64,000 nucleotides of DNA from Spirochaetia bacterium (lineage in GTDB: Bacteria; Spirochaetota; Spirochaetia; DSM-2461), in assembly GCA_963668315.1 (NCBI GenBank), contig OY764216.1:2816001-2880000 (forward strand), written 5' to 3'. Every line of letters starts with the position of its first letter. Within the stretch, counting starts at the first letter, position 1. Shown here piece by piece: positions 17,342 through 25,742 of this stretch. The notes beneath the pieces are model-generated. The model was given only the letters and a program-made list of their open reading frames with translations, was not told where the DNA came from and did no database searches. Made by a program: the position numbers and the translations under genes.

Positions 17342-18305
17342 GAACCGCGATGACCTTCGCCGGTTCTGCGAAGAAAAAATACCCGTTATTAATGAAATAA
17401 GAGAGCTGAAGGCCCAGAAGAATGCTCTTATCCTTGCTCATACATATGTTCCGCCGGAGATTATTTACGGAGTGGCCGACCATACGGGGGATTCCTACGG
17501 GCTGAGTAAAAACGCCCGGGATGCCAAGGAGAACCTTATCATTTTTTCCGCCGTTCGCTTCATGGGGGAGACGGCTAAAATCCTCAGCCCCGACAAAGAG
17601 GTCATTGTGCCTGCCGACGATGGTGGCTGTTCACTCGCCGATTCCATAACCGGGGCGGATGTGGAAAAACTCAGGGTGGAAAATCCCGATTATACCTTCG
17701 TATGCTATATCAATACCACCGTGGATGTGAAAGCCGCTTGTGATGTGGTCGTTACCTCTTCCAATGTCTATGATATCGTGGAGAAGCTGGATACGGACAA
17801 AATCTTCTTTGTCCCCGATCGTCTAATGGGACTCAATCTCAGGGCGGAAATGGAGCACAGGGGCGTGAAAAAGGATATCAGGCTCTGGAGCGGCACCTGT
17901 TATGTTCACGAAGAGTTCGATCCGGAAATTATCGAGTCATCCCGGAAAATGTTCCCCCGCCTGCAGATACTTGCCCATCCCGAATGCGATCCCAAAATTA
18001 CCGATGAGGCAGACTATGTGGGAAGTACCACCCAGATGTATGATTACGTGGTCGAAAAAGGGAATACTCCCAGCTATCTTGTCTTTTCCGAGTGCGGTCT
18101 CGCTTCCCGGCTGGAGGCGGAAAAGGGTCCCTTCGATATCGTAGGCTCCTGCATGTTCTGTAAATATATGAAGAGCAATTCCCTGGAGAATATTCTCAGA
18201 GCTTTGAAATCTCCCCGTGAGGATGAGTTTATCCATGTGGAAGAGAGCACGCGTATCAAAGCCCTGGCAGCATTGAACCGCATGTTCGCCGAAGCGGAGA
18301 AGTAG
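17286..18305 (+). CDS. nadA: Quinolinate synthase
   Basis: ILAHTY, GDSYGLS, VRFMGETAKIL, GCSLAD, CYINT, CYVH, AHPEC, GST, CKYMK. Confidence 0.93.
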   Translation: MTADQLYNQLKKIRFEKSENRDDLRRFCEEKIPVINEIRELKAQKNALILAHTYVPPEIIYGVADHTGDSYGLSKNARDAKENLIIFSAVRFMGETAKILSPDKEVIVPADDGGCSLADSITGADVEKLRVENPDYTFVCYINTTVDVKAACDVVVTSSNVYDIVEKLDTDKIFFVPDRLMGLNLRAEMEHRGVKKDIRLWSGTCYVHEEFDPEIIESSRKMFPRLQILAHPECDPKITDEADYVGSTTQMYDYVVEKGNTPSYLVFSECGLASRLEAEKGPFDIVGSCMFCKYMKSNSLENILRALKSPREDEFIHVEESTRIKALAALNRMFAEAEK

Positions 18306-18324
18306 AATTCTATACAGGACTGAT

Positions 18325-19122
18325 ATGAATGATAAAAAATACCTGGTGTCCGATCTTGACGGGACTCTGATCCCCTGGGAAGGTGCCAACCGTCTGGGAA
18401 GTTTCCAGTCTCTGATAGAACTTAAAGGAAAACTGGAAGAGTTCTCCCTGGGATTTATAATCCTGACGGGCCGTTCCCTTCCCAACATTTTCCAGGCTCT
18501 TGATGATTACCCCCTTCCTGAACCGGAACTGATATTCTCTTCGGCCGGTTCCATTCTCTATAAAAAAAATAAGGATGAATGGGTACCCTGCGGCGAGCAC
18601 GGGAGTTATCTGGAAAAACAGAACCCCCGCTGGGACCGGGATGCCATTCTGAGGCGGCTGGAGCCAATCGAAAATTTAAAATATCAGGCGGAAATCCATC
18701 AGGGCCGCTACAAAATTTCCTTCTATCTGCACACCCTGGATTATCGTCCGGTGTTGAAAGAGGCGGAGAGTCTTCTGGGGAATCTTTTGGACACCCTGTC
18801 TATGCAGATTTATCCCGAACCGGATCTGGGCTGGTGCTATCTTGATATCATGGCTATGGAGGCTGATAAGAAAGGGGCTTTAACCTATCTTGCCGCCCAC
18901 GAAATTAACGCTCCCTATGTATTCGCAGGAGATAACTGGAACGATAGAAGCGCCTTCCTGTCCGATCATCCATCCATTCTCGTGAAGAATACGCCGGAAG
19001 AGTTGAAAAAGGAAACAATTCTGAAATCCCCCGGTCAGTATATCACCGCGGGCGAAGGAAGGGATGGAAGATTTGCCGATGGGGTTATGGAAGGTCTGGA
19101 ACATATGGGATGGATAAAATAG
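18325..19122 (+). CDS. HAD-IIB hydrolase, sucrose-phosphate-phosphatase-like
   Basis: SDLDGTL, LTGRS, QGRYKISF, LDIM, AGDNWND. Confidence 0.8.
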   Translation: MNDKKYLVSDLDGTLIPWEGANRLGSFQSLIELKGKLEEFSLGFIILTGRSLPNIFQALDDYPLPEPELIFSSAGSILYKKNKDEWVPCGEHGSYLEKQNPRWDRDAILRRLEPIENLKYQAEIHQGRYKISFYLHTLDYRPVLKEAESLLGNLLDTLSMQIYPEPDLGWCYLDIMAMEADKKGALTYLAAHEINAPYVFAGDNWNDRSAFLSDHPSILVKNTPEELKKETILKSPGQYITAGEGRDGRFADGVMEGLEHMGWIK

Positions 19123-19147
19123 AGGGCGGCTCCTCAAAGCCGCCCTC
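19121..19147. terminator. Hairpin between convergent genes
   Basis: GAGGGCGGCT-cctcaa-AGCCGCCCTC; weak U tracts. Confidence 0.55.
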
Positions 19148-19175
19148 GTGTAATTACTTGTTTATTTGAGAATCC

Positions 19176-19502
19176 TCAGGAATCTTTGAAGCGGTCTTCC
19201 CAGTCCTTCTCCTTATTGTTCAGGTCCTCTTTCATGGAATTGAAACGGTTTTTAAACCGTGAAGTGCCGTCCTCCCTGTCATAGGGGAATTCATCCTTTT
19301 CCGATGAAAAACCATCCCGGGGAGCAGGTTCCAGAAAAAACGCCAATATAAGATATATGAGAAGGGCGGGAACATTCAGAAATATTGCTGCCAGCACGAA
19401 ACCCCACCGGACATACTGGACGGGAAAATCCTTCCAGTCCGCAATACCCTGGCACACGCCCAGGAATTTGCCGTTCCTTGATCTGTATAATTTGTGGGTC
19501 AT
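19176..19502 (-). CDS. pspC: PspC domain protein
   Basis: KLYRSRNGKFLGVCQGIADW...LIYLILAFFL; GGAGG RBS before ATG 19502. An alternative start at 19544 overlaps the pspA stop. Confidence 0.88.
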   Translation of the reverse strand: MTHKLYRSRNGKFLGVCQGIADWKDFPVQYVRWGFVLAAIFLNVPALLIYLILAFFLEPAPRDGFSSEKDEFPYDREDGTSRFKNRFNSMKEDLNNKEKDWEDRFKDS

Positions 19503-19540
19503 CCTTCTTTCTCCTCCGGTGTAATAGTATCTGCTGTGGG

Positions 19541-20203
19541 TCATTTTTTCATACTCTTCTTCAAGGCTTCCAGCTCTTCTTCAACGGAGTCATTTTTCTC
19601 CAGATCGGCGAACTGATCTTCTATATTACTGCTTCCCGTTCCCTTGCCGTACAGGTCGGCTTCGGCTTCCATCCTCTCAATATTGTTCTCCATGCGGTCA
19701 AAACGATCCATAGCCGAGGCGGAAGAAGCCTGACGCATCGATTCACGGGCCTTCTTCTTTTCCTGAGCATGTCTGCCCCTTTGAACCAGCTGACGGTGTT
19801 TCTGTCTGACCTGTTCCAGTTTCTCTTCGAGCTGGGCTATTTCCGAGCGGGACTCATCCACAATCCGCACAAGGTGCTCCCAGTCCTTTGTCAGGTAATC
19901 CAGCTCGCTGAAGCACTTCTGCTTTTCCTGCAGCGCCTCTCTGGCAAGGCTGTCGCGTCCTTTTTCAACAGCCAGTTTGGCCCGCGATTCCCAGCTGGCT
20001 ACTTTTTCTTCGAAGAAGACCTTCTCCCTTTCGATTTTGGCTTTCTCCGCCATTTTGGAAGCGCAGGAAGATTTCAGTTCCACAAGAGTGTCCTCCATCT
20101 CGCGCATCATCAGGTTAATCATCTTTTCCGGATCTTCCGCTTTGTCCAATATTGAATTGATATTGGCGTTGACTATATCTTTGAATCTTGAAAAAACACC
20201 CAT
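19541..20203 (-). CDS. pspA: Phage shock protein A (PspA/IM30)
   Basis: MGVFSRFKDIVNANINSILDKAEDPEKMI; coiled coil; FDRMENNIERMEAEA; VEEELEALK. Confidence 0.95.
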   Translation of the reverse strand: MGVFSRFKDIVNANINSILDKAEDPEKMINLMMREMEDTLVELKSSCASKMAEKAKIEREKVFFEEKVASWESRAKLAVEKGRDSLAREALQEKQKCFSELDYLTKDWEHLVRIVDESRSEIAQLEEKLEQVRQKHRQLVQRGRHAQEKKKARESMRQASSASAMDRFDRMENNIERMEAEADLYGKGTGSSNIEDQFADLEKNDSVEEELEALKKSMKK

Positions 20204-20250
20204 TTCATCCTCCTCGCGGTGATTTTTAATTTTCTTGGTACAAATATAAA

Positions 20251-20267
20251 AGCAAAAGCCGTGCCAA
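20251..20267 (-). promoter_or_regulatory. sigma54 (-24/-12) promoter of pspA
   Basis: Reverse complement TTGGCACGGCTTTTGCT matches TGGCAC-N5-TTGC. Confidence 0.88.
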
Positions 20268-20398
20268 TATCCTTAGACGTGTTCTGGGCAGTTCCCGCTC
20301 CTTATGTTACCTGAATGAATAGGAAAAATCCCAAAGGATGGTTAAAGCTGCCATAAGTCTTTTCATGGTTTCCCGTTCTCTTTCCCAAAAAGGTCAAA

Positions 20399-20437
20399 TT
20401 AACCGTACTTTAACAATGCGATAACATTTTCCTTACC
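20399..20437 (+). promoter_or_regulatory. Pho-box-like array upstream of pstS
   Basis: TTAACC (20399), TTAACA (20410), ATAACA (20421), CTTACC (20432) at an exact 11-bp period. Confidence 0.75.
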
Positions 20438-20518
20438 TGGAGTAGGCATATTACAGTCATCATTAAGGAAAATAATTTATCGTGACCATATATCAGGTTA
20501 CCGTAAAAGGAGAATGAA

Positions 20519-21364
20519 ATGAAAAAGATTGCCCTTATCGCACTGGCCCTCATTGTATCGGCTGCCCTTTTTGCCAACGGCGGCTCCGAAGCTTCAGAAA
20601 CAACCAAGGCAGAATGGAGCGGTTCCTTCGCTTTCGGCGGATCAACCACTCTTGAACCCATTATCATCGACGCCATTGAAGTCATGCAGGCCCGTTATCC
20701 CGGTGTACAGATATCCTATGACGCTCCCGGATCTTCCGCCGGTGTAAACGGCGCTATCGACGGTACCTATTCTCTCGGCTGCGCGTCCCGTGAATTGAAA
20801 TCCAGTGAGATTGAAAAAGGAGCTGTTGCCACACCCATCGCTCTGGACGGCGTTGCTGTTGTCGTAAATAAAGCTTCTGTCGGAATAGATAATCTGTCCC
20901 TGGAGCAGGTAACCGCTATCTACGCCGGTGAAATTACCAACTGGAAGGAAGTGGGCGGAGCCGATGGCGAGATTGTTGTCATCAACAGAGACGAGGCTTC
21001 CGGAACTAGGGACTGTTTCAACGGTGCAACCGTAAAGGCTGCCAAGAAAAGCTTTGTCGAAACCGCTCTGATCACGACGGGAAACGGAGACATGGTCGCC
21101 AAAGTCGGTTCCACACCCAATGCCATCGGCTACTGTGGATTCGGATACATCACGAAAGATCCCGGCTGCAAAGCTGTCACGGTAAACGAAGTGGCTGCAA
21201 CGGAAGCCAATGTTCTGAATGGTTCCTATGCCATCTCCAGAAAACTGAATGTCATCTCCAAAGGGAAGTTTGCCGAAGGTTCTTTCGAGAAGTTCTTCCT
21301 GGACTACCTGCTGAGTGCTGAAGGTCAGGAAATCGCTGCCTCCAACAAGTTCATCAAGCTTTAA
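20519..21364 (+). CDS. pstS: Phosphate ABC transporter substrate-binding protein
   Basis: GGSTT, GSSAG, ASREL, IALDGVAVVVN, IYAGEITNWKEVGG, RDEASGT, AIGY; AAGGAG RBS. Confidence 0.93.
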   Translation: MKKIALIALALIVSAALFANGGSEASETTKAEWSGSFAFGGSTTLEPIIIDAIEVMQARYPGVQISYDAPGSSAGVNGAIDGTYSLGCASRELKSSEIEKGAVATPIALDGVAVVVNKASVGIDNLSLEQVTAIYAGEITNWKEVGGADGEIVVINRDEASGTRDCFNGATVKAAKKSFVETALITTGNGDMVAKVGSTPNAIGYCGFGYITKDPGCKAVTVNEVAATEANVLNGSYAISRKLNVISKGKFAEGSFEKFFLDYLLSAEGQEIAASNKFIKL

Positions 21365-21380
21365 GATAAAATAGAGTTTC

Positions 21381-21410
21381 AAAAAAATACCCGCCGATAG
21401 GCGGGTTTTT
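21381..21410. terminator. Bidirectional intrinsic terminator (pstS / rsmD)
   Basis: A7-t-ACCCGCC-gata-GGCGGGT-T4. Confidence 0.85.
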
Positions 21411-21426
21411 CTGTTTAAGGGATACG

Positions 21427-21957
21427 CTAATCCCGTGTATAGAAGATCAGCTGGGAACGTCCGTACTTGCGCAGATCAAACTGCCGCAGAGACCCTATCT
21501 GTTCGGGAAAGGATTCCTCGTCGGGGTAGTGCATCATCAGGACACCCCCTTTTTTCAGTATTCCCTGTTCTTCACAGGCCATAAGGAATTTTTCCTTTCC
21601 CTTGAGAGGGAAGGGAGGATCGAGATGGATGATATCATAATCCCTTTCGCATTGTCGGATAAACTTTTCCGCCGGCATCATAAAAAGTCTGTGCTCTTCA
21701 TCAACCAGGGAAAGATTCTCCAGAATCACTTTCCTTTTGATCATGTCCTTTTCAACCAGGTGGACAGGTGATGCTCCCCGGGAAGCCGCTTCTATGCCGA
21801 TGCAGCCGGAACCGGTAAAAAGATCGAGAAAGGATAATCCGTTCAAATCGCCCAAAATAGAAAACATGGATTCCCTCATTCTATCCATGGCGGGACGGAT
21901 GATTCCTTTGGGACATTTAATCTGCCTGCTTCTATATTTTCCGCCGGTAATTCTCAT
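21427..21957 (-). CDS. rsmD: 16S rRNA m2G966 methyltransferase
   Basis: MRITGG, IRPAMDRMRESMF, LDLFTGSG, EAASRGA, LDPPF. Confidence 0.93.
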   Translation of the reverse strand: MRITGGKYRSRQIKCPKGIIRPAMDRMRESMFSILGDLNGLSFLDLFTGSGCIGIEAASRGASPVHLVEKDMIKRKVILENLSLVDEEHRLFMMPAEKFIRQCERDYDIIHLDPPFPLKGKEKFLMACEEQGILKKGGVLMMHYPDEESFPEQIGSLRQFDLRKYGRSQLIFYTRD

Positions 21958-22087
21958 AGGGATAACCTAGCATAAAAAGGGGAAAGGGCCAACCGCTTGT
22001 CCTATTATTAAATATTGAATTATAGATTTGAAAAAATTAATATAATTAATAAAAAAGTTATATTAAATTAATAATATCAATTATTCG

Positions 22088-22116
22088 TTGACGGAAATGA
22101 ATTTCAGGTCTATTCT
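22088..22116 (+). promoter_or_regulatory. sigma70 promoter of the DUF2089 operon, preceded by an AT-rich inverted-repeat block (22003-22076)
   Basis: TTGACG-N17-TATTCT; upstream TTAATATAA-N12-TTATATTAA inverted repeat. Confidence 0.6.
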
Positions 22117-22167
22117 GAAAGAGGAAAAACATTCCCTTTCCTTTATGCGGTGATAAAGGAGCGGATA

Positions 22168-22317
22168 ATGAAGATTAGACGAAAACGATTATTGAGTTTC
22201 TGGTTCAGGTTCTTTCGGGTATTTAGATCGGGGAAATTTATTCAATGCAGAAACAGTTGCGACCTGGGAATAGAGAGTGACAAGATGATGTCCTTTTTCG
22301 GCCAGTTTACAATTTAG
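22168..22317 (+). CDS. Small basic 49-aa ORF at the head of the DUF2089 operon
   Basis: AAGGAG RBS; MKIRRKRLLSFWFRFFRVFRSGKFIQCRNSCDLGIESDKMMSFFGQFTI*; its stop overlaps the RBS of the next gene. Confidence 0.55.
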   Translation: MKIRRKRLLSFWFRFFRVFRSGKFIQCRNSCDLGIESDKMMSFFGQFTI

Positions 22318-22329
22318 GAGTGGTAAGTT

Positions 22330-22698
22330 TTGGTACACAGCTGGAAAAAACTGTTAAGCCTGACAGGGGGAAATCTCTTTCGTATTAAACAGATTTTCAT
22401 CCCCTCGGAAAATATCTCTGTGGAGGGGGATTTCGAACTGCCGCCCCTTGCCCGGCTCAGCGGTGAGGATCAGCTCTTCGTATCGGCTTTTATCCAGACT
22501 CACGGATCTATCAAGCAGATGGAGAAGATTTTTCGGATCAGCTATCCTACCGTGAAAAACAGGCTGAATAAAATCGCCTCACAACTTGATATGGTAAACA
22601 TCGTAACGGAGGAGGAACCGGATTCGTCCGAAATCCTTGAAAGGCTGTCTCGGGGGGATATTTCAGTTGATCAGGCGATTGAGGAGATAAAAAAGTGA
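22330..22698 (+). CDS. DUF2089-family HTH regulator
   Basis: VEGDFELPPLARL, FIQTHGSIKQMEKIFRISYPTVKNRL; C-terminal SHOCT-like ILERLSRGDISVDQAI; TTG start with AGGAG RBS. Confidence 0.85.
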   Translation: MVHSWKKLLSLTGGNLFRIKQIFIPSENISVEGDFELPPLARLSGEDQLFVSAFIQTHGSIKQMEKIFRISYPTVKNRLNKIASQLDMVNIVTEEEPDSSEILERLSRGDISVDQAIEEIKK

Positions 22699-22966
22699 TT
22701 CCTGTGTGGATAGGACTCCAAATAGGCTCCCGTGGGAGAAGGGGATTTCTTTTTCTGATTCCTCTTTTGTTGGTGTATCTGTTTCTGCTTGTATTTATAT
22801 TACCTTTGATGCTTTCTGCTCTGGTTTTGTTGATTGTAGGAAAAGGAAATAGGAGTCGAAAAATTTCGCCATAAATATGTCTTTATGGGAAATGCTGTTT
22901 AGTGCGAGAGGCTTATCATTTTTCTTTGAAGATGAGAGTGATCGGCTAAGATTATTCATTAAATAA
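22695..22966 (+). pseudogene. Small membrane protein gene interrupted by a frameshift near the A5 run at 22859-22863 (pseudogene or sequencing indel)
   Basis: GTG start overlaps the DUF2089 stop; hydrophobic frame stops at 22874. The -1 frame is open from 22853 (..NMSLWEMLFSARGLSFFFEDESDRLRLFIK*) and ends at 22966, just before the next RBS. Confidence 0.55.
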
Positions 22967-22979
22967 GGGAGAATTGACA

Positions 22980-23396
22980 ATGGGTGATGATAAAAGAAAA
23001 ATTCTGGAGATGATCGGGGCGGGGACAATCACCCCGGAAGAGGGAGAAAAACTTCTTGATGCACTGAGCAGGTCAGATGAGCGGAAAGATGATGAAGTTC
23101 CCGATTTTAAGAATAAGAGTCTCTATATTGACGTAAGGTCGAAGAAAAAAGAGGAGAATAAAGAGAAAGTCCATATCCGAATCCCTTTTACCCTTCTTAA
23201 GGCGGGAATAAATATCATGGCTATGATTCCCAAAGAGGCCAAAGAGAACATTGACAGCAAACTGAAAGAGAAAAATATCGATTTCAATCTGAATAGCCTT
23301 TCCGAGGGCAATGTACAGGAATTTATCAAGGCGGTAGAAGATGTTGCCATAGAAGTGGAGGATGAGGATGATTTTATTCAGATCTACTGCCGTTAA
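22980..23396 (+). CDS. SHOCT-like domain protein typical of DUF2089 operons
   Basis: KRKILEMIGAGTITPEEGEKLLDAL; KVHIRIPFTLLKAG. ATG at 22980 or TTG at 22974. Confidence 0.8.
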   Translation: MGDDKRKILEMIGAGTITPEEGEKLLDALSRSDERKDDEVPDFKNKSLYIDVRSKKKEENKEKVHIRIPFTLLKAGINIMAMIPKEAKENIDSKLKEKNIDFNLNSLSEGNVQEFIKAVEDVAIEVEDEDDFIQIYCR

Positions 23397-23458
23397 TGGG
23401 CAATTGGTGAAAAGGATTGTCTTAACAAGGCACCATAAGTTGACTATAATAGGCAATT

Positions 23459-24445
23459 ATGGCCGAAAGGGATAGAAATAAACAGGAAGGATTAGGCGAA
23501 TCTGAGGAATTCCTCAATTTTCAAAGTCAGTTAAGTCGCGCCGCCCGGGTTGACCGTTCAGTATTGATCATAGGAGAACGGGGTTCCGGTAAAGAACTGG
23601 CCGCATCACGTATCCATTACCTCTCCAACAGGTGGGACGGGCCTCTCGTCACGCTCAATTGTGCCGCCCTGCCTCCTTCGCTTATCGAAACTGAATTGTT
23701 CGGCCATGAATCGGGAGCCTACACGGGAGCTTCCGCCAGACGTAAGGGCCGTTTTGAGGAAGCCCACGGGGGAACTCTGTTTCTTGATGAGATAGGTCTG
23801 ATCCCCCTGGAAGTGCAGGAGAAAATCCTCCGAGCTGTGGAATACGGCTCCTTTGAGCGGGTCGGGTCTTCGAAGCCCATCGAAGTGGACGTACGCATTG
23901 TGGGAGCAACCAATGCCGATCTTCCCGCCCTTTGCGATGAAGGAAAGTTCAAGCGTGATCTACTGGACAGGCTCTCCTTTGAGGTGTTGTTTATTCCTCC
24001 CCTGAGGGAACGGACCAGCGATATCAATTTGCTGGCCTTTTACTTTGCCAATCATATGGCCATGGAACTGGAGATCAGGGAAAATGTGGAATTCACGGAA
24101 GAAGTTTTGTTTCAGTTTAATTCCTATTCCTGGCCCGGGAATGTCCGGGAATTGAAAAACGTGGTTGAGAGGGCCGTATACAGCACCGATTCCTTTCCCA
24201 TTTCCCAGGTGAGGTTCGATCCGTTCAAGAATCCCTATGTCCGGGATGAGAAAAGCGGTTTCGATACGGATGATCTAGGAGGCTTTAAGGAAGCTGTGAG
24301 AGAGCTGGAAATCGCTTATGTACAGTCAGCACTCGAGAAAACCCGTTTTAATCAAAAGAAAGCCGCGGAACAGCTGGGTATAACCTATGATCAGTTCCGC
24401 GGTTTATATAGAAAATACAGCGATCAACTGTCCGAACCGGACTGA
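23459..24445 (+). CDS. pspF: Phage shock protein operon sigma54-dependent activator
   Basis: No N-terminal sensory domain; GERGSGKEL, ELFGHESGAYTGA (GAFTGA variant), LFLDEI, DLLDRLSF, WPGNVREL; HTH LGITYDQFRGLYRKY. Confidence 0.92.
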   Translation: MAERDRNKQEGLGESEEFLNFQSQLSRAARVDRSVLIIGERGSGKELAASRIHYLSNRWDGPLVTLNCAALPPSLIETELFGHESGAYTGASARRKGRFEEAHGGTLFLDEIGLIPLEVQEKILRAVEYGSFERVGSSKPIEVDVRIVGATNADLPALCDEGKFKRDLLDRLSFEVLFIPPLRERTSDINLLAFYFANHMAMELEIRENVEFTEEVLFQFNSYSWPGNVRELKNVVERAVYSTDSFPISQVRFDPFKNPYVRDEKSGFDTDDLGGFKEAVRELEIAYVQSALEKTRFNQKKAAEQLGITYDQFRGLYRKYSDQLSEPD

Positions 24446-24456
24446 AGGATGGAATA

Positions 24457-25704
24457 ATGGAAAAAGTGCTCATAATTGGATCGGGTGGCAGGGAGCATGT
24501 CCTGGCCGCATCCATAGCCCGAAGTGAAAAGGTAGAGGTTGTTTACTGCGCACCGGGAAACGGGGGAACCGCTCTGGAAGAGAAATGCGTGAACATCCCC
24601 TTTGATTCTCTTGAGGGAATGGCGGATTTTGCCGAGGAGAAGAAGATCGATCTGACTATCCCCGGTGCGGAAATCTATCTGTGCGACGGTATCGTTGATC
24701 TTTTTCAGAAAAGGGGATTGAAAATATTCGGTCCTCACAGGGATGCCGCCATGCTGGAAGGATCAAAAGCCCTGGCAAAAGACTTTATGAAGAAGCATAA
24801 TGTGAAAACCGCCGCCTATGAGAAGTTCAGCGCAAGGGATGAGGCGGTTGGATACCTTGAAAGCTGTTCTTATCCACTTGTTGTTAAGGCCGACGGCCTG
24901 GCCGCGGGGAAGGGTGTTATCATCTGCCAGAACAGGGAAGAGGCGGTGACAGCCATAGATCAGATTATGGTGGAGGAAGCCTTTGGTGATGCCGGTTCTC
25001 AGGTCGTTATTGAGGAGTTTCTCCAGGGAAAGGAAGCATCCATACTGGCCCTTTATGACGGTCAAACCATTATTCCTTTTCTTTCCGCCAAGGATCACAA
25101 AAAGATTGGGGAAGGGGAGACCGGCCTGAATACGGGGGGGATGGGCGTCATAGCGCCCAATCCGATTGTAACCGATGACATTAGGGAGCAGTTTGTCCGC
25201 GATATCATGGAACCAACGGTGAAAGGCCTGCAGGCCGAAGAGATGGCCTTTGCCGGCATTATTTTTTTCGGACTGATGATAAACGAAAAAGGCGTCTTTC
25301 TGCTGGAGTATAACATGCGTTTCGGGGATCCCGAAGCCCAGACGGTTCTTCCCATGTTTGACGGGGACTGGTATGATTTTCTTTCCCTTTCCCTGGAAGG
25401 AAGGGCTTCTGATTATCCCGTACGCTGGAAGGAAGGCTGTTCATGCTGTGTGGTAATGGCTTCCGGCGGGTATCCCGAGTCATACGGCAAGGGTTATGAG
25501 ATTACCGGATACAAGAATCTGGACAGCAAGGTGTATATTGCCGGCGCCGAGATGGAAGGTGACAAGCTGAAAACCTCGGGCGGACGGGTTTTAAATGTGG
25601 TCGCCCGGGGGAAAAATCTGGACGAAGCCAGGCAGAAAGCCTATGGGGATGTCAAAAAAATCCATTTTGAAAAAGCTGTCTACAGAACGGATATCGGGCT
25701 TTAA
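24457..25704 (+). CDS. purD: Phosphoribosylamine-glycine ligase
   Basis: GSGGREH, APGNGG, LEGSK, KADGLAAGKGV, DHKK, NTGGMG, EYNMRFGDPE, GGRVL, YRTDIG. Confidence 0.97.
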   Translation: MEKVLIIGSGGREHVLAASIARSEKVEVVYCAPGNGGTALEEKCVNIPFDSLEGMADFAEEKKIDLTIPGAEIYLCDGIVDLFQKRGLKIFGPHRDAAMLEGSKALAKDFMKKHNVKTAAYEKFSARDEAVGYLESCSYPLVVKADGLAAGKGVIICQNREEAVTAIDQIMVEEAFGDAGSQVVIEEFLQGKEASILALYDGQTIIPFLSAKDHKKIGEGETGLNTGGMGVIAPNPIVTDDIREQFVRDIMEPTVKGLQAEEMAFAGIIFFGLMINEKGVFLLEYNMRFGDPEAQTVLPMFDGDWYDFLSLSLEGRASDYPVRWKEGCSCCVVMASGGYPESYGKGYEITGYKNLDSKVYIAGAEMEGDKLKTSGGRVLNVVARGKNLDEARQKAYGDVKKIHFEKAVYRTDIGL

Positions 25705-25742
25705 AAATAAAAAGCCGGTTCAATCGAACCGGCTTTATTTTA
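25705..25742. terminator. Bidirectional intrinsic terminator
   Basis: AAAGCCGGTTC-aatc-GAACCGGCTTT flanked by A and T tracts. Confidence 0.85.
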
